From the NCBI GenBank assembly GCA_048213135.1, contig PS015009.1:2294001-2334145 (forward strand): a stretch of DNA of 40,145 bases. The letters are read 5' to 3'. Of the stretch, positions 18,806-28,874 are shown piece after piece; position 1 is the stretch's first letter; every line of letters begins with the position of its first letter. The notes beneath the pieces are model-generated. The model saw only the letters and a program-made list of their open reading frames with translations, did no database searches and was not told where the DNA came from. Made by a program: the position numbers and the translations under genes. This DNA is from Reclinomonas americana ATCC 50394. Taxonomy: Eukaryota.

Positions 18806-18916
18806 AAGTACTAAGTACAGAGTAGCAAGTATAAAGTAGTGAGTATGGAGATGGGTACAATACAGTGCGATGCAAGATACCAGATACCGGCATCCGGTAT
18901 CTGGTATCTCATACTC
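18806..18916. repeat. 7-bp microrepeat array plus a perfect 16-bp hairpin upstream of glyA
   Basis: Six RAGTANN heptamers (18806-18847); AGATACCAGATACCGG-cat-CCGGTATCTGGTATCT (18875-18909); CATACTC (18910-18916) complements GAGTATG. Confidence 0.8.
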
Positions 18917-19041
18917 TCCTCACCGCCGGTATATTCGTTTACACAGAGTTCTCAAAAAATCACTACTTTCACAGCCGTTTAAGTCAGAGATAATCAAAAA
19001 TTGAAAACAAACAGGGCTGCACAAACACCCGGCGTTTATCA

Positions 19042-20049
19042 ATGAAGGCAATCATACCAGTAGCCGGCGCAGGCACCAAGCTTCGTCCGCATACGTATAC
19101 GCAACCTAAGGCACTTATTCCCCTGGCGGGAAAGACGATACTCAGCATCATCGTTGACCAGCTCCATGAAGCAGGGATAAAGGATTTTATCTTCATCATC
19201 GGTTATCTTGGCGAGAAGATCCAGGATTATGTGAAGAAGCAGTATCCCCATCTCAATTGTCATTTTATCCAGCAGAATGAACGTTTCGGTACAGGACATG
19301 CCATCGACCTTACCCGGGAGATCGTAGGGTCAGATGAAGTACTCATTGTACTGGGCGATACCATTGCCGAGTATGATGTGAAAGAAGTGATCAAATCCCC
19401 TCACTCCATGCTGGGCGTAAAAAAAGTAGACGATCCCCGCAACTTTGGCGTGGCCGAAATAGGCGAGGATGGTTCCATAGCCCGTGTAGTGGAAAAACCT
19501 GCCATACCCAAAAGTAATATGGCGCTGGTAGGGGTGTATAAGATCAGGGAAACGGAGTTTCTGTTCAATTGTATAGAATCCATCATTAAAGCTGATATAC
19601 GCAGCTACGATGAATTTAATCTTACCGACGCGCTGGAGTGTATGATACAAAGCGGCGCTAAGTTTCAGCCCTTCAAAGTGCAGAACTGGTTCGATTGCGG
19701 TAAAAAGGAGACCCTGATTGAATCCAATGCCACCCTGCTGAAAAAGTTTGGCGGTAATGTCTCCGAGGCCAACAATTTTGAGAATACCATTATTATTCCT
19801 CCCGTAAGCATCGCCGAAGGATGCGATATCCGCAATTCCGTTATCGGTCCCAATGTGGCTATAGGCGAGCATGTATCCATCAGCAATGCCATCATCAAAG
19901 ATTCTATTATCGGCGGCTATTCCCACCTGCGGGAGATCGTTCTCAGCAATTCACTCATCGGCAGCGACGCGGAAGTGAAAGGCGTTAACAGGAGCCTGAA
20001 TATCGGCGACAATACCGCCATCGACCTCAGCGGCGGCGGGAAGGGATAA
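19042..20049 (+). CDS. Sugar-phosphate nucleotidyltransferase (glucose-1-phosphate thymidylyltransferase-like, with C-terminal LbH domain)
   Basis: MKAIIPVAGAGTKLRPHT...PKAL, GTGHAI, DPRNFGV, EKP, WFDCG and hexapeptide repeats. Confidence 0.9.
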   Translation: MKAIIPVAGAGTKLRPHTYTQPKALIPLAGKTILSIIVDQLHEAGIKDFIFIIGYLGEKIQDYVKKQYPHLNCHFIQQNERFGTGHAIDLTREIVGSDEVLIVLGDTIAEYDVKEVIKSPHSMLGVKKVDDPRNFGVAEIGEDGSIARVVEKPAIPKSNMALVGVYKIRETEFLFNCIESIIKADIRSYDEFNLTDALECMIQSGAKFQPFKVQNWFDCGKKETLIESNATLLKKFGGNVSEANNFENTIIIPPVSIAEGCDIRNSVIGPNVAIGEHVSISNAIIKDSIIGGYSHLREIVLSNSLIGSDAEVKGVNRSLNIGDNTAIDLSGGGKG

Positions 20050-20198
20050 CAGAAAGCGATACCATTATTTATGGCCGGGAGGCCTTATTCCCCCAATTTT
20101 CCGCAGAAAAACACCCGGAATTAAAATAAATTCTATTACTTTGCGTTTCAAAGTACTTTTAAATACATGGGGAATCAATCGTTTCCCGGCTGACAGCT

Positions 20199-21137
20199 AT
20201 GCAGAACAGGATCACCAGTTTATTCGGAATTGACTACCCCATTATCCAGGCGGGTATGATATGGGCCAGCGGCTGGCGGCTGGCCAGCGCGGTAAGCAAT
20301 GCCGGTGCGCTGGGGCTCATCGGCAGCGGCAGTATGTATCCTGATGTATTGCGGGAGCATATCCGCAAATGCAAAGCCGCTACGGCAAAACCCTTTGGTG
20401 TAAACGTTCCGCTCCTGTATCCTGATATTGACCAGCATATCCGTATTATCATAGAAGAAAGAGTGCCGGTGGTATTCACTTCGGCGGGTAATCCCAAAAC
20501 CTGGACGGAAACATTGAAAAAGGAAGGCATTAAAGTGGTCCACGTGGTGAGCAGCAGCAAATTCGCACTGAAATCGCAGGAGGCAGGCTGCGACGCGGTA
20601 GTAGCTGAAGGCTTTGAAGCGGGCGGCCACAATGGCCGGGAGGAAACCACCACCATGGTGCTGATCCCGGCGGTATGCAACGCGGTAGAAATACCCGTGA
20701 TTGCGGCGGGAGGCATTGCCACAGGCCGCCAAATGCTGGCCGCCATGGTGCTGGGCGCAGACGGGGTGCAGGTAGGCAGCCGTTTTGTGGCCAGCGAGGA
20801 AGCCTCCTCTCATCATAATTTCAAAGTAAAAGTGATCAGCGCAACCGAAGGCGACACACAACTGTCTTTAAAGCAGCTGACGCCGGTGCGTTTACTGAAG
20901 AATAATTTTTTTACAGCTGTACAGGCTGCAGAACAGCAGGGCGCCGGTAAAGAAGCGTTACAGCAGTTGCTGGGCAGGGGCCGGGCAAAAAAAGGCATGT
21001 TTGAAGGAGATATGGAAGAAGGCGAACTGGAAATTGGCCAGGTAAGCGCCCTTCTCCGCGATATTCTTCCGGCCGCCACCATAGTGGATTCCATGTGGAA
21101 GGAGTTTAGCCACCTCTTACAGGAGCCACTGAAATAA
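20199..21137 (+). CDS. fabK: FMN-dependent enoyl-ACP reductase II (FabK) / nitronate monooxygenase family
   Basis: YPIIQAGM, AVSNAGALG, KPFGVN, EGFEAGGHNG, VIAAGGI and VQVGSRF motifs; closely resembles Bacteroidota FabK. Confidence 0.8.
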   Translation: MQNRITSLFGIDYPIIQAGMIWASGWRLASAVSNAGALGLIGSGSMYPDVLREHIRKCKAATAKPFGVNVPLLYPDIDQHIRIIIEERVPVVFTSAGNPKTWTETLKKEGIKVVHVVSSSKFALKSQEAGCDAVVAEGFEAGGHNGREETTTMVLIPAVCNAVEIPVIAAGGIATGRQMLAAMVLGADGVQVGSRFVASEEASSHHNFKVKVISATEGDTQLSLKQLTPVRLLKNNFFTAVQAAEQQGAGKEALQQLLGRGRAKKGMFEGDMEEGELEIGQVSALLRDILPAATIVDSMWKEFSHLLQEPLK

Positions 21138-21142
21138 ACCGC

Positions 21143-21150
21143 TATATTTG
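21143..21150 (+). promoter_or_regulatory. -7 promoter element TATATTTG for the SLBB gene
   Basis: Exact TAnnTTTG in the intergenic gap. Confidence 0.55.
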
Positions 21151-21189
21151 CGCATTATTTAAAAAAAGTATAAATCAACACCGTTCAAA

Positions 21190-23607
21190 ATGGTAGTATT
21201 ATTCGGGCAGTTCAGTTCCCTGGTTAAAAAAGCAGTCATGGTACTGCCGGTGCTTTTGTTGGGTATGATCAGTGTGACCCGGGCGCAGCTTCCCACGACC
21301 AAAGACCCCAGTTCTCCGGATGTACCCAACCTGCCGGCGGTGAATTATAACCCTTCCCAGTTCTACGACGCGTTAAAAGATAAGAATAAGGACAATAAAA
21401 CGGGTTCCGATATCAATTCCAAATTAAAGGACAAGATTGAAAAGGACAGCCTGGTAAAAGAAAGCACACCATTGTCTGTAAATACAACGGAAGACACCTA
21501 TGGTATGAAACTTTTTCGCGGCGGGGCAGTAGCCAGCATCACCGAATTGTCGACACCACCGCTGGATTACCCCATTGGCGTATATGACCAGATCATTATT
21601 TCTCTGTGGAACGGGGCCGAAGCAACACTGGATTATACCGTAGCACGCGATGGATCCATTTTCCCGGCCAGCCTGGGTAAGATATACCTGCAGGGATTGA
21701 CTTTTGAGAATGTAAGGGCCCTGCTTACCCGCAGGTTCAAAGCTTATGTACCGCCTACCACCAATATTACTGTATCTCTCGGTCAGCCACGCACCATCTC
21801 CGTAAATGTAGCCGGTGAAGTGAATACACAGGGGCCGGTAACCGTTTCCGCTTTCACCAATGCATTCAATGTGATCGCGCTGGCCGGCGGACCAACAGAC
21901 ATGGCGAACCTCCGCGATATCCTTATTAAAAGAAACGGCCGCGTGATCGACCGGCTCGATGTATATAAATACCTTACTACCGGTGATTTTGGCAAACACA
22001 TTTACCTCGAGAATAATGATTTCGTGATCATGCAAACCGTGGAAAAGAAAGTAAAGGCGGAAGGTAAGTTCAGGAGGCCCATGTTTTACCAGCTGAAGAA
22101 AGACGAAGGGGTAAAGGCGTTGCTGAAATACAGCGGCGGACTGGAGAGGGACGCGTTTTCGAGTGGCGTAAAAGTATACCGCACGGAGCTGGAAAAGCAG
22201 GTGATCAAGGATGTGAATGCAACGGCCATCATTAACCCGACCAATGATCCGCGTTTTACCAATGAGGATTTTGATTTACAGGACGGCGATATCGTAAAAG
22301 TAATAGCTGTTAACCCGGGACTGGTGAACAAAGTAGAGATGAAAGGGGAAATATCTTACCCCGGCCAGTATGAAGTGCGCAAGGGCGATAAGCTTTTTGA
22401 CCTCATCAATCGTGCTGGTGGTATTACACGTAACACGTACCTGCCCCGTGCCTATATCTTCAGGGGTGGTGGCGACAGTACCAATATCAAAGCCAATAAA
22501 CTGGAGATCAACCTCACCGGCATTACCAGTAACGATACCGGCAGCGTAAATAACGTAGAACTGTTTGCCAATGACCAGGTACTCCTGTTCAGCACCAACC
22601 AGTTCGCCGATAAACAATACGTGGAAATATTCGGCGAGGTACGCAAAGAAGGAAAGATGAATAAGTACGGCGGCATGACATTGCAGGACCTCCTGTATTT
22701 GTCGGGCGGCCTTAAACAATCCGCTGAATACGGAAGGATTGAAATATCCAGCGTGGTTGATATTGATTCCGCCAAAAATGAACAGCAGCCTACGCGTACG
22801 GTTGTACGCACCGTGCGGGTGAGCTCCAACCTGGAGATAGATAGTGTTTCTGGCAAAATACAGCTGAAACCCTATGACCAGGTTTATGTGCGGAAGAATC
22901 CCACGTTTGAGTTGCAGCAACTGGTACAGATCAATGGCTTGGTACAGTACCCGGGTCCGTATCCAAGACTGAGCAAATACGAAAGGTTGTCATCCTATAT
23001 ACAGCGTTCAGGCGGTATCAGGGAAAATGCGGATCTGAGCGGAGCCATACTGTACCGTAAAAAGACACAGTATTTCCGGGAGAATGTGACCAGCAAAGTG
23101 GCGGCACTTACCGATTCACTGGGCGGCATCACCAAACTGGATTCCGCAAAAACGAATATAGCGGAAGTGGCACAGGAACCGGTAAGCATTGACCTGTACA
23201 GGGCGCTTAAATACAAGAATTCGAAGTATGATATTATTCTGCAGGAAGGTGATGTGATCTTCATTCCAGAGATCAATCCTTTCGTAAGTGTAAAAGGCAC
23301 CGTGCAATCGCCGCTGAAACTTACATTTGATAAGGAGCATACCGGGGTATTATATTATATCGATAAAGCCGGTGGTTTCGACAAACGGCCATGGCGTAAC
23401 CGTATTTATGTAACCTATGCCGATGGTAAGAGCAGGCGTACACGTAACTTCTTCTTCATTCATTTCTATCCCAGGGTGAAGGAAGGATCTGTGATCAATG
23501 TACCTTTCCGTCCTGAAGGCAAAGAGGTGACCGATGCGGTATTGCAGGTGGTATTGTCGAGTATACCTATTGCTGCCGCAGCCATCATAGCCAATATCAT
23601 TAAGTAA
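21190..23607 (+). CDS. Polysaccharide export protein with multiple SLBB domains (KpsD/Wza-like OPX)
   Basis: Poly_export motif (DYPIGVYDQI...DGSIFPASLGKIYLQGLT) and repeated V-x-GEV...G / L...AGG SLBB units. Confidence 0.88.
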   Translation: MVVLFGQFSSLVKKAVMVLPVLLLGMISVTRAQLPTTKDPSSPDVPNLPAVNYNPSQFYDALKDKNKDNKTGSDINSKLKDKIEKDSLVKESTPLSVNTTEDTYGMKLFRGGAVASITELSTPPLDYPIGVYDQIIISLWNGAEATLDYTVARDGSIFPASLGKIYLQGLTFENVRALLTRRFKAYVPPTTNITVSLGQPRTISVNVAGEVNTQGPVTVSAFTNAFNVIALAGGPTDMANLRDILIKRNGRVIDRLDVYKYLTTGDFGKHIYLENNDFVIMQTVEKKVKAEGKFRRPMFYQLKKDEGVKALLKYSGGLERDAFSSGVKVYRTELEKQVIKDVNATAIINPTNDPRFTNEDFDLQDGDIVKVIAVNPGLVNKVEMKGEISYPGQYEVRKGDKLFDLINRAGGITRNTYLPRAYIFRGGGDSTNIKANKLEINLTGITSNDTGSVNNVELFANDQVLLFSTNQFADKQYVEIFGEVRKEGKMNKYGGMTLQDLLYLSGGLKQSAEYGRIEISSVVDIDSAKNEQQPTRTVVRTVRVSSNLEIDSVSGKIQLKPYDQVYVRKNPTFELQQLVQINGLVQYPGPYPRLSKYERLSSYIQRSGGIRENADLSGAILYRKKTQYFRENVTSKVAALTDSLGGITKLDSAKTNIAEVAQEPVSIDLYRALKYKNSKYDIILQEGDVIFIPEINPFVSVKGTVQSPLKLTFDKEHTGVLYYIDKAGGFDKRPWRNRIYVTYADGKSRRTRNFFFIHFYPRVKEGSVINVPFRPEGKEVTDAVLQVVLSSIPIAAAAIIANIIK

Positions 23608-23626
23608 AGGAGCTCAAATTACCTGA

Positions 23627-24682
23627 ATGAACAATTTTGAACTGATACAACAACTGCTGAAACGATTAAAAAAATTCAGCTGGCTGATCGCACTGATCGC
23701 ACTGGCTTTTGGCGGCCTCTTCTATTATATGGCCAAACAAAGCCTGGTATTGTTCACTTCCACAGCTACGGTATTCCCGCTCAACGGTACACAGGACAAC
23801 AGTGTTTCCAGCTCTGCCATCAGCAGTATACTTGGTTTGTCTGACGCCCCGAAATCCTTTACTTCCGATGCCTCTATCAATATCGTGGAACTGGCTACCA
23901 GCCGGCGTACACGGGAGGCGGTAGCTATGACGAAGGTTGCTTCCATGGGTAATAAGATGATATCGGAACTGCTGATAGAGGAATACAACCGGCATACCGG
24001 TTTTATGCAGAATGAACCGATACAATTGCCGCTCGACAGCCTTGCCATGATGAATGTGGCCAGCAATATCCTGAAAAATAGTTTTACGGCCCGGATAGGA
24101 AAGAATGGAATACTTGAACTCCATTTTACCAATACCAGTCAGAAACTGGTAAGGGAAGTGAGCTATGTATACATCGACAAACTGGCGAGTTTTTATATCG
24201 AATTAAAAAAGAAAAAAGCACAGATCGATTATGAGTTTGCCATAATGAAAGTGGACTCACTCGCCAAAGTGCTGGCTGCACTGGACAGGCAGGCGATTCA
24301 GCTCGATGAAAGTACTTTCTTTACTAACGAACAACTCAAACGCTACAGCATTCCTAAAGTAAACCTTGACCAGGATAAGGCCACGGTGCAGTCGCAGTAT
24401 TATTATGCGGTAAACAACAGGGAGTCTGCCGCTTACCGCCTTCAGAAAGAAACACCTATTATTGAACCGCTCGATCGCCCGGAACCACCTTACGACGTAC
24501 AGCAAAAGTCCAAGGTCATGTACATAGCGATTGGTCTTATTCTCGGAACACTGATCGGTGTCATTCTTGTGAGTATCAAAATCATCAACAAATACATCGG
24601 CGCTGAATTGAATAAGGCTATTGAAAAAGCCGCAACCAAAGCAAAGCAGGGGTTGCAGGAGCAGGAAGAACCGGTTAAATAA
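23627..24682 (+). CDS. Wzz/polysaccharide co-polymerase-like protein (no kinase domain)
   Basis: N- and C-terminal TM helices, coiled periplasmic region, Pro-rich IIEPLDRPEPP before TM2; directly follows the OPX gene. Confidence 0.7.
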   Translation: MNNFELIQQLLKRLKKFSWLIALIALAFGGLFYYMAKQSLVLFTSTATVFPLNGTQDNSVSSSAISSILGLSDAPKSFTSDASINIVELATSRRTREAVAMTKVASMGNKMISELLIEEYNRHTGFMQNEPIQLPLDSLAMMNVASNILKNSFTARIGKNGILELHFTNTSQKLVREVSYVYIDKLASFYIELKKKKAQIDYEFAIMKVDSLAKVLAALDRQAIQLDESTFFTNEQLKRYSIPKVNLDQDKATVQSQYYYAVNNRESAAYRLQKETPIIEPLDRPEPPYDVQQKSKVMYIAIGLILGTLIGVILVSIKIINKYIGAELNKAIEKAATKAKQGLQEQEEPVK

Positions 24683-24813
24683 TTAATTACGAATTAGTAA
24701 TTATGAATTGCGGATAGTGAATTATTGATCATAGATACAGCAACATAGATATTTTTTGAAACGAATAAGGCGAATCCTAAAGATTCGCCTTATTCATAAT
24801 TCGTAATTGATAA
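24680..24813. repeat. Inverted 7-bp microrepeat element (TAATTCG family) between convergent genes
   Basis: AATTACGAATTA (24685-24696) versus TAATTCGTAATT (24797-24808); same family as 10309-10397. Confidence 0.8.
24763..24795. terminator. Perfect 14-bp hairpin, probable (bidirectional) terminator
   Basis: GAATAAGGCGAATC-ctaaa-GATTCGCCTTATTC between convergent stop codons. Confidence 0.65.
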
Positions 24814-26085
24814 CTATTTTCTAAACGCCCACTTCATCATTTCCTTCCAGCTGGGTTTCTTACCATACATCAGTATACCTGTTCTGTAGATCTTACCGGC
24901 AAACCAGGTAGTGAACATAAAGCCGGCAATAAGCAGGCCCATCGACAGGCCAAGCTGCCACCACGGCACCGTATTGGGTACCCCGAAAGGAATACGGGCC
25001 ATCATTACAATAGGCGAGCTGAAAGGAATGATACTGGCCCATACGGCAACAGGACTGGAAGGATTGCTGATCGCCGGGGTCATCAAAGCAATCGAAAAGA
25101 TCACCAGCATGGTAATGGGGAAACTCAGCGATTGTGCCTCCCGCATGTCTTCATTAATAGCGCTTCCGATAGCTGCATACAGGGAAGAGTAGAAGAAGAA
25201 GCCTGCCAGCAAATAGAAAATAAAACAAACGATCACCATGATCATATTCACACTGGTAAATACTTTCTGGATATTGCCCACGGCACCTGCCATCATGCCT
25301 TCAGACCCGCCTTTACCAAGGTTATAGATGAGGAAGATACAGGCGATCCAGATGAGGAACTGGCTGAGGGCCACCAGGCCAATGCCCACTATCTTTCCCA
25401 GCATCAGTTGAAAAGGTTTAACAGACGATACCATCACTTCCGCAATGCGGTTGGTCTTCTCTTCTGTTACACCCATCATTACCTGGCTGCCATACAATAA
25501 AAGAATAAGGTACATCAGGAAACCGCAGACATAACCAATAATAGTGGCTGTACCCGCATCAGCGTCTTTGTCGCGGTTATTGAGCAGGCGCACGTCAAGC
25601 TGGCTGGCACGCATGATGCTTTGTTTGCCGGCATCAATACCCAGGCTGTCATTCTTTACCCGGTTCCAGATCGCATTCAGTTTGCCTGTAACAGGAGCGG
25701 TTACACCCCTGCCGTAGGTTTTGTTGGTATAAAGGGTAAGACTGTCTTCGCCTTTCTTCCAGTCTATATTTTGTGGTATTACCACATAGCCGTTATACCC
25801 CAGGGAGTCGAATTGTTTACTGAATTCGGTCTCGTTGGTATGTACCAGCGTGATCCGGTTAAGTGTGTCGCCGGCATTGGCTTCGCTGATGAGTTTATCT
25901 GTGAAGTAGCCGGAATGGTCAATAACGGCTACATGCATATCCTGCCTGGTTTTGTCGGCGATATAACCGGTGCCGAAAATGACCAGCAGGTAGAGTACCG
26001 GGAACAATATAGTGCCGATAATAAAAGTTCTTTTCCTTACACGGGTAAGGTATTCTCTTTGAATGATGAGGAATATCTTGTTCAT
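24814..26085 (-). CDS. ABC-2 type transporter permease (NatB/YhaP-like)
   Basis: IIQREYLTRVRK, VTEEKTNRIAEVMVSSVKPFQLMLGKIVG, IPFSSPIVM and IYRTGILMYGK motifs. Confidence 0.9.
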   Translation of the reverse strand: MNKIFLIIQREYLTRVRKRTFIIGTILFPVLYLLVIFGTGYIADKTRQDMHVAVIDHSGYFTDKLISEANAGDTLNRITLVHTNETEFSKQFDSLGYNGYVVIPQNIDWKKGEDSLTLYTNKTYGRGVTAPVTGKLNAIWNRVKNDSLGIDAGKQSIMRASQLDVRLLNNRDKDADAGTATIIGYVCGFLMYLILLLYGSQVMMGVTEEKTNRIAEVMVSSVKPFQLMLGKIVGIGLVALSQFLIWIACIFLIYNLGKGGSEGMMAGAVGNIQKVFTSVNMIMVIVCFIFYLLAGFFFYSSLYAAIGSAINEDMREAQSLSFPITMLVIFSIALMTPAISNPSSPVAVWASIIPFSSPIVMMARIPFGVPNTVPWWQLGLSMGLLIAGFMFTTWFAGKIYRTGILMYGKKPSWKEMMKWAFRK

Positions 26086-26114
26086 ACAATTGATGAGGGG
26101 TTAATGATTCAGGA

Positions 26115-27041
26115 TTACACAGACTGGAATTGCCTTGCAGTTGGCGTGCCTTCCACCAGTTTGATGAAGATGTCGTTGAGCGATGGCAGTTTCTCCGTAA
26201 AGCCCTGCACCTGTACACCCTGGCTGATGAAATGCTGCAGCACTTCGTTGGTCGTGGTGCCTTCGTGCAGTTTAATGAGAAGCTGACCGGGCTGTTGTTT
26301 TACCACTTCAAAAGCCGGCGTCATCAATTGTTCGGCCATGGTGGTTGCATTAACCAGGAACAGGTTTTCCTTAAATTCATTTTTGACGGAGGATACCGTA
26401 CCGTCGAGTATCTTTTTTCCTTTGTTCACCAGTACGATATGATCGCAGATCTCTTCTACCTGTTCCATACGGTGTGTACTGAAGATGATGGTGCTGCCAT
26501 TCTGTGCCAGCCTGAATATCTCATCTTTAATGAGGTTGGCATTCACGGGATCCAGACCGCTGAAGGGTTCGTCCAGTATGATCAGTTTGGGTTCATGCAA
26601 TACAGTAGTGACAAACTGCAGTTTCTGCTGCATGCCCTTGCTCAGGTCCTCTACTTTTTTGTTCCACCAGCTGTCCATCGCCAGCCGGCTGAACCAGTTT
26701 TTGATCTTCGCGGTAGCATCGGCTTTACTCATGCCTTTTAACCGGGCCAGGTACAGCGCCTGTTCGCCGATCTTCATTTTTTTGTAAAGACCGCGTTCTT
26801 CCGGCATATAGCCGATGTGGATGATGTCATCCTGCGGATGGAAGGGCTTACCGTCAAAAATAATCTCGCCGCTGTCCTGGTAAAAGATGCCGGTGATCAT
26901 GCGCAGCAAGGTTGTTTTGCCCGCGCCATTAGGACCCAGCAGGCCAAAAATGCTGCCGGTCCCGATCTCCATGCTGATACCATCAACGGCCTTCTGCGTA
27001 GCGAAATATTTTTTCAGGTCTTTCGTGACTAAAATGCTCAT
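26115..27041 (-). CDS. ABC transporter ATP-binding protein (NatA/YhaQ-like)
   Basis: GPNGAGKTT, GYMPEERGLY, LSKGMQQK, ILDEPFSGLDP, STH and C-terminal PSLNDIFI. Confidence 0.93.
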   Translation of the reverse strand: MSILVTKDLKKYFATQKAVDGISMEIGTGSIFGLLGPNGAGKTTLLRMITGIFYQDSGEIIFDGKPFHPQDDIIHIGYMPEERGLYKKMKIGEQALYLARLKGMSKADATAKIKNWFSRLAMDSWWNKKVEDLSKGMQQKLQFVTTVLHEPKLIILDEPFSGLDPVNANLIKDEIFRLAQNGSTIIFSTHRMEQVEEICDHIVLVNKGKKILDGTVSSVKNEFKENLFLVNATTMAEQLMTPAFEVVKQQPGQLLIKLHEGTTTNEVLQHFISQGVQVQGFTEKLPSLNDIFIKLVEGTPTARQFQSV

Positions 27042-27131
27042 GTAAAAATGTTAAGGTGGTTATGCCTGGTAAATTGGTTCACCAAAATATTCATTTATTG
27101 CGGAACCGGGTATGGTTTATTGGTTAAGCGG

Positions 27132-28733
27132 TTATAAATGCCCCGTCAGGTGTGCAGCAATGGTTTGTGCCACTCTTTCACCATCCATACAGGCGCTGAC
27201 GATGCCGCCTGCATAACCGGCACCTTCCCCGCAGGGATAAAGGTTGTCAAATTGAGGGTGGGCGAGGCTTTCCGGGTCTCTCGGTATGCGTACAGGCGAA
27301 GAAGTACGGCTTTCTGTAGCCACCACTACGGCTTCTCTGCTGTAATACCCTTTCATCTTCCTGCCAAAAGCCCTGAAACCGGCTGACAGGGTATGGTACA
27401 CAAAATCCGGTAGCACTTCATTCAAAGAGGAAGATTGTAAGCCCGGCAGGTAAGAACAACCGGGCAGTGTGGCCGATACTTTTTTGTCGCAGAAATCAGT
27501 CATGCGTTGCGCAGGGGCTACCAGGGCGCCGCCGCCTGCATTGAAACAGGATTGTTCTACCATTTGCTGGAAGCGCATGAGCAGTAAAGGATCTTTCTCA
27601 CCGGCAATACAATCTTTGTTGCCCGCGGAACGGAATGCACGCAAAGCATCGGCAGCTTCTACCTGCACCACCATACCACTGTTAGCATAAGGGTTATTGC
27701 GTTTGGAAGGGCTCCACCCGTTTACGACCAGTTCTCCCGGGGCAGTGGCTGCGGGGGCAATGATGCCACCGGGGCACATGCAAAAAGAAAATACGCCGCG
27801 GCCTTCCACCTGCTGTACCAGGCTGTAAGAAGCGGGAGGGAGGTCCTCGTCACGAACGGTACAATGGTATTGTATATTATCGATCAGTTGTTGCGGATGC
27901 TCAATACGTACGCCCAGTGCAAAAGGTTTGGCCTCAATAAGAATGGACTGGCGGTGAAGGAGTTCAAAAATATCCCTGGCGCTGTGCCCTGTGGCCAGTA
28001 TAAAAGATCCGGCTTTGATAATATCGCCGTCGGCTGTTTCCACAGCGGTGATGCGTCCCTTATCGCTTAGGAATCCGGTCACCTTTTTTTCGAAAAGGAA
28101 TTCTCCGCCTGCATCCAGTATGCGTTGACGCATGGCGGTAATGATATGCGGCAGTTTGTTGGTACCGATATGCGGGTGGGCATCGTACAGTATATTTTCT
28201 TCGGCGCCAAAATGTACGAAGAGGTTCAGGATACGGTCGATGCTGCCCCTTTTATTGCTGCGGGTATATAATTTGCCATCACTGTAAGTGCCGGCGCCGC
28301 CTTCTCCAAAACAATAGTTGCTCTCCGGGTTGACCACGCCTTCGCGGTTCAGCGCTGCCAGGTCGCGGCGGCGTGCACGAACATCCTTGCCTCTTTCCAG
28401 TACAATGGGACGAATACCTTTTTCAATGAGTTGCAGTGCGGCGAAAAGTCCGGCCGGCCCGGCGCCGATGACCACCACGCGGTGAGGCGACTGTGCAACA
28501 TCCGGAAAATTAAAATCGGGCAGTTGCCGCTGCTGAAAAGGTTCGTCGATAAAAGCGGTAACGGTAAGGTTGATCCACACGGTTCTGCCACGGGCATCAA
28601 TGGATTGCTTGTTGATGCGGTAACCATTGATGGCAGCCAGTTTTTTACTGCAAGCCGAAGCGATCATTTTTCTGACAGCCGCTTCATTGGCAGCTTCGGA
28701 AGGAAGCAGTTTGAGAGAGAATTGTTGTTGCAT
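27132..28733 (-). CDS. NAD(P)/FAD-dependent oxidoreductase (COG2509-like)
   Basis: VIGAGPAGLFAA, FGEGGAGTYSDGKL, PHIGT, FCMCPGG, ESRTSSPVRI and PCGEGAGYAGGIVS. Confidence 0.9.
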   Translation of the reverse strand: MQQQFSLKLLPSEAANEAAVRKMIASACSKKLAAINGYRINKQSIDARGRTVWINLTVTAFIDEPFQQRQLPDFNFPDVAQSPHRVVVIGAGPAGLFAALQLIEKGIRPIVLERGKDVRARRRDLAALNREGVVNPESNYCFGEGGAGTYSDGKLYTRSNKRGSIDRILNLFVHFGAEENILYDAHPHIGTNKLPHIITAMRQRILDAGGEFLFEKKVTGFLSDKGRITAVETADGDIIKAGSFILATGHSARDIFELLHRQSILIEAKPFALGVRIEHPQQLIDNIQYHCTVRDEDLPPASYSLVQQVEGRGVFSFCMCPGGIIAPAATAPGELVVNGWSPSKRNNPYANSGMVVQVEAADALRAFRSAGNKDCIAGEKDPLLLMRFQQMVEQSCFNAGGGALVAPAQRMTDFCDKKVSATLPGCSYLPGLQSSSLNEVLPDFVYHTLSAGFRAFGRKMKGYYSREAVVVATESRTSSPVRIPRDPESLAHPQFDNLYPCGEGAGYAGGIVSACMDGERVAQTIAAHLTGHL

Positions 28734-28768
28734 GTGAAGTGTCAGGCAGTTAACCTAAAAACTCTGTT

Positions 28769-28874
28769 AATTCAAAAGTAAAAATTCAAAAGTAAAAAGG
28801 GAGCACACAGTCTCAGTGAGATCACCGCTTATTCATGCACTCTTTTTTAATTTTGACTTTTTATTTTTTACTTA
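28769..28874. repeat. Inverted A-rich 7/14-bp microrepeat element
   Basis: AATTCAAAAGTAAA x2 (28769-28796) faces a complementary TTTTTAA TTTTGAC TTTTTAT TTTTTAC tract that ends at the DUF3127 stop codon. Confidence 0.7.
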
